Below, piece after piece: positions 52,648-59,635 of a stretch of 64,000 bases of DNA (the first letter of the stretch is position 1; every line of letters starts with the position of its first letter). The notes below the pieces were generated by a model, which was given only the letters and a program-made list of their open reading frames with translations, was not told the DNA's origin and searched no databases. The position numbers were made by a program, and so were the translations under genes. The DNA comes from Glutamicibacter sp. (GTDB lineage: Bacteria > Actinomycetota > Actinomycetes > Actinomycetales > Micrococcaceae), in the NCBI RefSeq assembly GCF_035257265.1, contig NZ_DATEXC010000058.1, forward strand, positions 53,763-117,762. Reading direction: 5' to 3'.

Positions 52648-53856
52648 CTATTTTTCGCTTCGGTGATCGGCCACATTGGAAGAGAGGAAGAAGGCCAAGA
52701 GCACCAGAATCGAGATGGATCCCAACGCCGGCAACAGGCCGATAGCGCCTGCTAGAAGGCCCAGCAGTGGCGGTCCGCCTAAGAACGCGCCATAACCAAT
52801 GGTGGAGACCACCGAAACGCGGGTGGCCGCCCGCAATGGATCCTGCGAGGCTGCGCTCATGGCCAGTGGGAAAGTCAGGGCAACACCCATACCCCAAATG
52901 GCCAGGCCGATAAATGCAATGGGCAGGTTTCCGGCAAAGGCAAAAAGCAGCACACCTATCAGCGCTGCAATGGCACTGGCTCGAATCATAATCACGCGTC
53001 CCAGACGCAGGATCAGATCACCGGACAGCAGCCTCGTGAGGGTCATGGTGCTGACAAATACGCCATAGCCAATCGCTCCGGTGGCCTCGCTCGTTTGGTA
53101 ACCGTCGGCTAAGGCCAGTGCTACCCAGTCCCCTGCTGCTCCCTCGGCCAAAGCCATGCCGAGGACCAGCACGCCGAGCAAGATAGTTTGTGGTTCTTTC
53201 CACGCTTGCGCCAATGAGGGGCCCGTATGGTTGCGCGGGGTACGGCTGAAATCTTCACCGAAGCTCCGGGCGCTGACCAGCACCGTCACCACGATGATCA
53301 CGCCCATCACCGCATAGTGCACATATAGTGGCAGATTGACCGCCGCTGCCAACGCGCCAATGCCAGCTCCCAGCACCGTGCCGATGGAGAAAAAGCCATG
53401 CAGCTCCGGCATGATGCTTCGGCCCAATGCACGCTCCATGGCTGCGCCCTGCACATTGGAGGCCACGTTCCACGAAGCGGTACCCAGTCCTTGAGTGAAC
53501 AGGAAAATCCCGGTCAGCCAGGTGGATTCAAACACCGAGGCGCTGATCCCGATCAGCAGCAACGAACTACCCGCCAAGGTGGCAGCTATGCGCATGACAC
53601 TGGTGGCTCCGAGCCGCAACACTGCTTGTCCGGAGAGCGCCACGGACAAAAACGACCCAGCGCTCAGGCACAACAGCAGTAAACCGACATTCGCGTGGTC
53701 TAGCTGCAGCGCGTCGCGCAATGCCGGGAGCCGGGAGACCAGAGCCGAGATCAACAGGCCGCTGGCCAGGTAGGCGGCAAGTAACCCGTTGCGCCAGGCG
53801 ATTACCGTGCCCTCGCCGCCTAGTTGCTTGTTCAGAGCTGGACTACCGCCTGGCAC
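52648..53856 (-). CDS. MFS transporter
   Basis: 402 aa with about 12 TM segments. The GTG start overlaps the upstream dehydratase gene by 25 nt. Confidence 0.8.
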   Translation of the reverse strand: MPGGSPALNKQLGGEGTVIAWRNGLLAAYLASGLLISALVSRLPALRDALQLDHANVGLLLLCLSAGSFLSVALSGQAVLRLGATSVMRIAATLAGSSLLLIGISASVFESTWLTGIFLFTQGLGTASWNVASNVQGAAMERALGRSIMPELHGFFSIGTVLGAGIGALAAAVNLPLYVHYAVMGVIIVVTVLVSARSFGEDFSRTPRNHTGPSLAQAWKEPQTILLGVLVLGMALAEGAAGDWVALALADGYQTSEATGAIGYGVFVSTMTLTRLLSGDLILRLGRVIMIRASAIAALIGVLLFAFAGNLPIAFIGLAIWGMGVALTFPLAMSAASQDPLRAATRVSVVSTIGYGAFLGGPPLLGLLAGAIGLLPALGSISILVLLAFFLSSNVADHRSEK

Positions 53857-54272
53857 TTCATCAGTACCTTTGTGCCGTTGGCGGTGACCGTCAGGTCCAC
53901 GCGTGCCGTTTGTGCTTCCTCATCCAGTGCACCGATCTTGCCTTCAACCTCAATGGCGGTGCCTTCGGCATCGCTTGGGTTGCTCCCTGCGGGATCTTCC
54001 ACCACAACCGGCTTGGTGAAGCGGGTCTGGTAATCCACGATGGCGCCCGGGTTTCCTACCCACGCACCGACAAGATCAACAACTGCACCCATGGTGAACA
54101 TGCCGTGGGCGATCACCGAGGGCAGTTCGACCTCTGTGGCAAAGCGTTCGCTGTAGTGGATCGGGTTAAAGTCTCCCGAGGCACCTGCATACCGCACCAG
54201 GTCCCCACGGTTGACCATGACGGTCGTTGAACCGATTACCTGGCCTTTTTCTAAGCTAGAGAATTTGATCAC
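53832..54272 (-). CDS. MaoC-like (R)-specific dehydratase, HadB-like catalytic subunit
   Basis: 146 aa with the hydratase motif YAGASGDFNPIH, closely matching my recollection of M. tuberculosis HadB. Confidence 0.85.
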   Translation of the reverse strand: MIKFSSLEKGQVIGSTTVMVNRGDLVRYAGASGDFNPIHYSERFATEVELPSVIAHGMFTMGAVVDLVGAWVGNPGAIVDYQTRFTKPVVVEDPAGSNPSDAEGTAIEVEGKIGALDEEAQTARVDLTVTANGTKVLMKCQAVVQL

Positions 54273-54275
54273 GGT

Positions 54276-54722
54276 TTAGTCCCCTGCCCGTACCAGTAGC
54301 GATGAAGTGGTGGTGGCGACCTTCTCGCCTGACACCGTGGTGATTTCGGCGCGCGTGGTGATCATTGCACCTGCACCCATTTCACGGATCTGGTCCACAT
54401 AGAGTTCTGCCAGCAGTTCGTCTCCGGCCACAATGGGGCGGTGGTGAGTGAAACGCTGGTCAGCGTGCACCACACGAGAGAAGTCAATTCCGGAGGCCGG
54501 ATCTGAGATCAGCTGCGCATCTGCGCGCTGCGCGATGATGATGACAAAAGTCGGCGGGGCTACCAAATCTGCGTAACCCAATGCTTGGGCGGCTTGCACG
54601 TCAAAGTGCGCCGGGGAGCTAGCTTTTGTGGCCGTGGCGAATTCACGAATTTTTTCGCGGCCTACCTGGTAGGACGCTCCAGCGGGGTAAATATGCCCCA
54701 CGAGGTCAGGGTTGATACCCAT
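54276..54722 (-). CDS. MaoC-like dehydratase, HadA/HadC-like non-catalytic subunit
   Basis: 148 aa (YQVGREKIREFATA ... PIVAGDEL). It lies 3 nt upstream of the HadB-like gene. Confidence 0.8.
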   Translation of the reverse strand: MGINPDLVGHIYPAGASYQVGREKIREFATATKASSPAHFDVQAAQALGYADLVAPPTFVIIIAQRADAQLISDPASGIDFSRVVHADQRFTHHRPIVAGDELLAELYVDQIREMGAGAMITTRAEITTVSGEKVATTTSSLLVRAGD

Positions 54723-54752
54723 TAGTTCTCCTGAACGTTGCGAGTTACTCGG

Positions 54753-55013
54753 TTACTTTTGCTTCTTGGCGCGCGGAACGGCAAGCCCATTGGCGATACG
54801 CCACTTGCGGGTGTCCTTGGCGCGGATAACTAAGCCGATGATGTGGCACAGCATGCCCACAATCATGATGCCAATGGCCGTGTATACCAGCGAGAGCGAG
54901 GGGATGTTCGAGCCAATAATTGCCAAAATGATGCCAAAGCCCATGACCCCCATGGCGGTGAACACAAACTTTTTGTAACGCGGTGAGGCCGCTTCCCATG
55001 GAGTGTTGGTCAT
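54753..55013 (-). CDS. Small two-TM membrane protein
   Basis: 86 aa with a basic C-terminal tail, on the same strand as the dehydratase pair. Confidence 0.6.
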   Translation of the reverse strand: MTNTPWEAASPRYKKFVFTAMGVMGFGIILAIIGSNIPSLSLVYTAIGIMIVGMLCHIIGLVIRAKDTRKWRIANGLAVPRAKKQK

Positions 55014-55077
55014 GGCATCCAGTTTAGTTCAGAGTGCACGGTACAAAGCGCAAATGAAGGGATAAAACGGGTGAAAC

Positions 55078-56019
55078 TCAGAACAATGGCGATTGTTCTT
55101 CGAAGAACTGGCCACGTTGCACTTCGATATCCACTTCACGGGTTTTCAACTCCGCCGCGTCCAGCAAGCGCAAAGTAGTGTTTTCCCCGCTGTCGACCAG
55201 AATGCTCTGGCCAAGCACTCCGCGCACGCGCAGATTCATTTCATGGCCGGCAATGGGTTCCGTCCACGGATGTACTGTTTTTGAATCCCAGGCTCGCACC
55301 ACTTCCATGGCGTAGGCAGGCTGCTCCCACTTTTGGTCTAGCAGTTCCACTCCATACGCGGCTAGTTCACCTTGGGCCTCTAAGAATTTCTTGGCACGAG
55401 TCGCCTCTAACGCGTTGGCTGCGTCCAGACTAGTTTCGTCGAGCTCCCATGAGGTCAGCCCCTTGACCTTGGATTTCTGTCGGACTTGTTGTTTAAGACC
55501 CACGTGCTCGGTCACTAGGTCTTCCAACACTCGAATCGCACCACCATCACTGGCGCGCGCCACGTATCTAGCGCTCACGGCTCCTTGCTGTGCCAGACGG
55601 GTCCACTTACTCTGTGTGGAGGTCGTACCAACCTTGGTCGCGCCATGGGCAAAACTTGCGACATAGAGGAAATGTGGTTGTTCTAGATATTTGCGCAGGC
55701 CCTGCGGTGCCTCTCCAGTTTTGTGAAACTGGTGCATGAATTTGCTCTGGTCCGAACGCCGGCACCCCTCGCATTGAGTTCCAGTGTTAAGTCCCTTGAG
55801 TTTAGGGCAGCTATGCAGTGTTCGTGAGCCATCATCGCGCATGGTGACATAACCTAAACAAAATTTAGTTTGCCCAACACGTAGCTTGATTGAACGGTTT
55901 TCGCTGAGTGGTTCGTTGACCCATTCATCACCGCGACGCAGTCTGAGCACCGGGACCGGCTCATGGGGCGAGAAGCTAATGCCATGGCAAAGCTGCCGGT
56001 TTTCACGTTCGAGAATCAT
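55078..56019 (-). CDS. Cys-cluster protein of unknown function (possibly DUF2797)
   Basis: 313 aa. HSCPKLKGLNTGTQCEGCRRSD (C-x12-C-x2-C) is followed by FLYVASFAHGATKVGTTSTQSKWTRLAQQGA. The family assignment is from memory only. Confidence 0.55.
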   Translation of the reverse strand: MILERENRQLCHGISFSPHEPVPVLRLRRGDEWVNEPLSENRSIKLRVGQTKFCLGYVTMRDDGSRTLHSCPKLKGLNTGTQCEGCRRSDQSKFMHQFHKTGEAPQGLRKYLEQPHFLYVASFAHGATKVGTTSTQSKWTRLAQQGAVSARYVARASDGGAIRVLEDLVTEHVGLKQQVRQKSKVKGLTSWELDETSLDAANALEATRAKKFLEAQGELAAYGVELLDQKWEQPAYAMEVVRAWDSKTVHPWTEPIAGHEMNLRVRGVLGQSILVDSGENTTLRLLDAAELKTREVDIEVQRGQFFEEQSPLF

Positions 56020-56183
56020 CTGCGCCTTTCAACAAGTTCTGCATTCAACGTTAGAGCATTGGACTTCTCGCCTCAGCACGCGCAACGTGCATCGGATTCA
56101 TGCGCAATTCTTAGTCGACAGGATTAGGGTTGGAGCAAAAGACGAACAACTAGTGTGTTTCGAGTCTGCTAACTGAGCTAGAG

Positions 56184-56990
56184 GTGGTCGAGATTTCTTC
56201 CAATACAGATGAATCCCACGAAGTAATTCCATTGCCGTCGGTGGAGTCTTCAAGCTCCAACGGTGCCCTAGTCTACGATTTTGCGCATTCGCTACGGCAG
56301 TCGCTTCCAAAATTCATGATGGAGTACCGGTTCGCCGCGGACGAGGTGCTGACTAAGGTTTCAATTTTGCGCGAGGAATTTTTATACCTTCACAAGTACA
56401 ACCCCATCGAACATGTTTCGTCGCGCGTGAAATCTCCAGAGAGTATCCTGCGAAAAGTCGTCAAGCGTGGCATCGATCCGGATCTGGCATCAATTAGAGC
56501 CAACATCACCGATATCGCCGGTATCCGTATCACCTGCAGTTTCATCAAAGATACCTACAAGGTGCTACACACGCTCACCGCACAAAATGATCTGAAAGTG
56601 TTGCAGATCAAGGACTACATCAAGCATCCAAAACCCAATGGGTATAAGAGCTTACACCTGATTCTGGAGATCCCGGTGTTCCTTTCCGAGGGCCCAGTCC
56701 CGGTCGTTGTTGAAGTACAGATACGCACCATCGCTCAGGATTTTTGGGCGAGTCTTGAACATAAGATTTTTTACAAGTATGAGGGCGCGGTTCCTGAACA
56801 TTTGGTCGAGGAGCTCACCGACGCGGCAAACGCCGCGGAAAAGTTGGATCTGCAAATGCAACGGCTGCATACCGCGGTACACGGACATGATGTCAATGCA
56901 GAGTCGCCCACGGTAGGAGAACCGTTCGACGAGAGCTTGATGCAACAGGTCAGAGCCCTGGCCATGAAGTCAGCATCAAAAGAAGAGTGA
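56184..56990 (+). CDS. Small alarmone synthetase (RelA/SpoT-domain GTP pyrophosphokinase, RelQ/RelP-like)
   Basis: 268 aa (SRVKSPESILRKVVKRG ... DIAGIRITCSF ... GYKSLHLILE ... VEVQIRTIAQDFWASLEHKIFYKY). The true start may be an internal Met. Confidence 0.88.
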   Translation: MVEISSNTDESHEVIPLPSVESSSSNGALVYDFAHSLRQSLPKFMMEYRFAADEVLTKVSILREEFLYLHKYNPIEHVSSRVKSPESILRKVVKRGIDPDLASIRANITDIAGIRITCSFIKDTYKVLHTLTAQNDLKVLQIKDYIKHPKPNGYKSLHLILEIPVFLSEGPVPVVVEVQIRTIAQDFWASLEHKIFYKYEGAVPEHLVEELTDAANAAEKLDLQMQRLHTAVHGHDVNAESPTVGEPFDESLMQQVRALAMKSASKEE

Positions 56991-57007
56991 GTCATATTTA
57001 AACGAGG

Positions 57008-57043
57008 AAAGCCTCGAAAACTCTAGGAGTTTTCGAGGCTTTT
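57008..57043. terminator. Bidirectional terminator between the alarmone synthetase gene and tRNA-Met
   Basis: 16-bp perfect stem AAAGCCTCGAAAACTC / GAGTTTTCGAGGCTTT with a TAGG loop. Confidence 0.85.
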
Positions 57044-57048
57044 GTCGG

Positions 57049-57122
57049 TAGCGGCGCCGGGACTCGATCCCGGGACCTCACGATTATGAGTCGTGCGCTC
57101 TAACCAGCTGAGCTACGCCGCC
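57049..57122 (-). tRNA. metT: tRNA-Met (anticodon CAT), elongator-type
   Basis: Hand-folded: GGCGGCG acceptor (G1-U72), D-arm GCTC/GAGC, anticodon arm CACGA-CTCATAA-TCGTG, T-arm CCGGG-ATCGAGT-CCCGG. It lacks initiator features. I cannot exclude a lysidine-type tRNA-Ile2. Confidence 0.85.
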
Positions 57123-57169
57123 ACAAGTGGGAAGCCATCCTGTAGAAGCCAAGATGACTTCCCACTCAG

Positions 57170-57241
57170 AGCCCCCTGCCGGAATCGATCCGGCGACCTC
57201 GTTCTTACCAAGAACGCGCTCTACCACTGAGCTAAGGGGGC
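57170..57241 (-). tRNA. thrT: tRNA-Thr (anticodon GGT), copy 1
   Basis: Hand-folded: GCCCCCT acceptor, anticodon arm CGTTC-TTGGTAA-GAACG, T-arm GCCGG-ATCGATT-CCGGC. Confidence 0.9.
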
Positions 57242-57614
57242 AACGAGTAAATACTCTACACGGATTTCTCAGCAAAGAAAAATCGCAGTCCACGTTGAAT
57301 TGAAATCCGGCAAATCACCTATATAGCCAAGTCAAGTATGGATACGAATTTCGAATCGGAGCTTAGTTTCAGAAGTTCAGAGAAAACTTCTCCAGTGACG
57401 CTACTCACGAATTTGGTCAAGACTTCACTAGTCGTTTAGCAACGCGATGGCTAGTGATTCAAATGCAGGCATCAACGGATCAAAAGTCGAACATTGCTGC
57501 AAGTGCCTTCCTCCTACTTCACGAAAATCCACCAAGCGGTCACATCTATTTCGAAGCGCAGAAAGCCTACTGAGATCCGATTTTGTGACCTCCGGCACTC
57601 ACCCTAGGGCGATT

Positions 57615-57642
57615 TTGAAAACCCTTTCAATGTGTGTAAAGT
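57615..57642 (+). promoter_or_regulatory. Candidate promoter of tRNA-Thr copy 2 (TTGAAA-16 nt-TAAAGT)
   Basis: Near-consensus hexamers, with the -10 ending 11 nt before the mature 5' end at 57654. Confidence 0.4.
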
Positions 57643-57653
57643 ATTTATCTGTT

Positions 57654-57725
57654 GCCCCCTTAGCTCAGTGGTAGAGCGCGTTCTTGGTAAGAACGAGGTC
57701 GCCGGATCGATTCCGGCAGGGGGCT
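57654..57725 (+). tRNA. thrT: tRNA-Thr (anticodon GGT), copy 2
   Basis: Sequence identical to copy 1, on the opposite strand. Confidence 0.9.
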
Positions 57726-57730
57726 CAGAT

Positions 57731-57767
57731 AAGAGGGAGAGAATCTTTTATAGATTCTCTCCCTCTT
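57731..57767 (+). terminator. Terminator hairpin after tRNA-Thr copy 2
   Basis: 16-bp perfect stem AAGAGGGAGAGAATCT / AGATTCTCTCCCTCTT with a TTTAT loop, followed by GCTTTATTT. Confidence 0.75.
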
Positions 57768-57884
57768 GCTTTATTTAACACCCGATTCGGTTCGGACCAG
57801 AACCGCTAAAACTTTCGAATTTCAGTAATCCACAGGTCGAATACTTACCTCTAAAACGTCTGTCTCACGCTATAAAATGGAATT

Positions 57885-59315
57885 ATGTACGAAGGCGGAT
57901 GCGACGATCGCGATAACTTCGAAAACAAGGCTCCGAAGTGGCCACCAGACAATGGACTTCATGAAGGCTGTGAAGCCTTGGTGGGAAAAGTTAATGACAA
58001 CCTGAGCCAGATCGTTGCCCATGGCGGCAGATCGGCTTACTCAGCTGCACTTAATGAGCTGGAACGCACCAAAGCTAGTTTCTGTGCAGCTCAGATTAGG
58101 ATGGCTTACCTTTTCGAAAAAGAAGTCGTTCGCGACCATGAGGAACGTGGCGTCTTCATAGACGAAAGCGAACGCGGTGCTGCTTCTGCGGTGGCAATGA
58201 GCCGTCGTCAGCCCCCGACGGGTGCCCGAAGCTACATGAAATCTTGTCGGATACTGGTAGAAGATATGCCGAATCTTTTACTAGCTCTTGATCTCGGCGA
58301 TCTCTCGGAGCGACAGATACTCGCCGCTGCGTCCCCATTGCAAGAAGTTAATGCTGAACATCGTAGGGAATTCGACCAGCTGTTTCGCACTCATCCTGAG
58401 ATGTTTGAAGGGCTAGGCGTCAAGGCAATCGGCGACACAGTTCGCAAGTTCACCGAACGTTTTGAAAGCACCACTAAGGCTTTCCTGGCTGAAGATGAAG
58501 CCTCGAAGCGTTACTCACGATTTCGCAAGAGCGAAAATTGCGTCATGCTCAGCGCCAAGCTCCCGCTCGCAGAAGGCACCGCCTTGTGCAAATCAATCAA
58601 GCAGCGAGTCAACGAACTACGTCGTAGCGGAGACCCTCGAACAAAAGATCAGCTGATGGCTGACATGTTGATTTGCAGTCAGATTGAGGGTTTCCCTCCC
58701 AAACTTCCGTTGTTCGTTGATATTAAACTGATCATGACGGATAAGAGTTTGCTCATGGGTGACCGCGAGCCGGCTAATCTACCCGGATACGGGATCATTC
58801 CTTCCCAATATGCGCGCGAACTAGTGGCGGGAGCGCAGGTACGGGTCAACGATTACTTCCATGAGTATCCGGAACACGACGACCTGGCATTACGAATCTT
58901 CACTTTCCCTGAAATCCAGCGGTTGTATACCGCACCCGGAAATCAAGATCTGATTGCCATGGATTCCAAAGCACGCGAGTTCCCGGACGCAATGAAGGAA
59001 TTCATCAAGATCCGCGATGTTCATTGTCGGACTCCCTATTGCGATGGAATCATAGAAAACGTTGACCACGTGATGCAGCATTACCTTGGTGGTCCGACAA
59101 ACGTAAAAAATGCCGACGGTAGATGCCAATGGTGCAATCTAGCCAAGGAACAACCGGGATGGTTTGAGATTGTGGTTCACGAACAACCACACTCGATGCG
59201 GATCAATCCCGGGGACGGTGCAATTTATCAGTCCTTGGCACCACCAGCAACGGGTGTAGTACGCGACGTTATCCCTCCGATTCTTCCGCATGGATATCGG
59301 TGGCAACGTGAATAG
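57885..59315 (+). CDS. DUF222/HNH endonuclease-domain protein (REP13E12-like family)
   Basis: 476 aa. C-terminal HNH signature HCRTPYCDGIIENVDHVMQHYLGGPTNVKNADGRCQWCNLAKE, with a long helical N-terminal region typical of DUF222. Hand-counted GC is about 43-50% in two 60-nt lines. Confidence 0.8.
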   Translation: MYEGGCDDRDNFENKAPKWPPDNGLHEGCEALVGKVNDNLSQIVAHGGRSAYSAALNELERTKASFCAAQIRMAYLFEKEVVRDHEERGVFIDESERGAASAVAMSRRQPPTGARSYMKSCRILVEDMPNLLLALDLGDLSERQILAAASPLQEVNAEHRREFDQLFRTHPEMFEGLGVKAIGDTVRKFTERFESTTKAFLAEDEASKRYSRFRKSENCVMLSAKLPLAEGTALCKSIKQRVNELRRSGDPRTKDQLMADMLICSQIEGFPPKLPLFVDIKLIMTDKSLLMGDREPANLPGYGIIPSQYARELVAGAQVRVNDYFHEYPEHDDLALRIFTFPEIQRLYTAPGNQDLIAMDSKAREFPDAMKEFIKIRDVHCRTPYCDGIIENVDHVMQHYLGGPTNVKNADGRCQWCNLAKEQPGWFEIVVHEQPHSMRINPGDGAIYQSLAPPATGVVRDVIPPILPHGYRWQRE

Positions 59316-59320
59316 TTCTC

Positions 59321-59338
59321 AGAGAATCTAGATTCTCT
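59321..59338. repeat. Perfect 18-nt palindrome AGAGAATCTAGATTCTCT, 6 nt after the HNH gene stop
   Basis: Read directly from the sequence. Confidence 0.9.
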
Positions 59339-59569
59339 ATCTGGCTAGTGGGCATCTGGCACTGTTCAACCATTATGCCTACCCTGATTCACACTTGCGA
59401 CGAGATCACTGCGCAATTTTACGGCCTCCGGGTGTTCCTTACAGACACGTTGCTAGACGCCGTGTGGCCTCTGCACGCGTTGGAGCGAGGAGAGTGAGCT
59501 CCGAGTCCATCCGGACTGACTAGGGAGGCTCAGCGCGACCTTTCCTGTCATTGGCTATGTCGCGTTTTA

Positions 59570-59620
59570 AAGAACAAAAAAGCACTCCCCCGAACCGTTT
59601 TCACGATTCAAGGGAGTGCT
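59570..59620 (-). terminator. Terminator after the DEAD-box helicase gene
   Basis: AGCACTCCC / GGGAGTGCT arms with further imperfect inner pairing; TTTTTGTTCTTT follows on the minus strand. Confidence 0.7.
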
Positions 59621-59635
59621 CTTAGGTTTTAAGAC

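Larger units (their letters stand above)
57169..57726. repeat. Perfect 73-nt inverted repeat (57169..57241 vs 57654..57726), comprising two identical tRNA-Thr(GGT) genes around a 412-bp AT-richer spacer
   Basis: Base-by-base comparison of the reverse complement of copy 1 with copy 2 found no mismatch over the tRNA plus one 3' nucleotide. Similarity of 16/20 continues into the 20 nt upstream of each copy. Confidence 0.9.
57731..59338 (+). mobile_element. Possible selfish HNH cassette bounded by hairpins sharing the arms AGAGAATCT/AGATTCTCT
   Basis: The same 9-nt arm pair occurs at 57738..57760 (5-nt loop) and as a perfect 18-nt palindrome at 59321..59338. The enclosed gene has lower GC. No recombinase is present. 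Confidence 0.3.

Noticed and set aside
57084-57293. 69-aa ORF (minus), plus the 75-aa ORF 57447..57674 (plus)
   Set aside because: The first is a translation of the tRNA-Met and tRNA-Thr genes. The second lies in the AT-richer tRNA spacer and runs into tRNA-Thr copy 2.
57049-59635. Integrated prophage or integrative element at the tRNA-Thr/Met locus
   Set aside because: No integrase, excisionase or phage-like genes are present. The tRNA duplication covers the whole gene plus promoter in inverted orientation, unlike attL/attR direct repeats.
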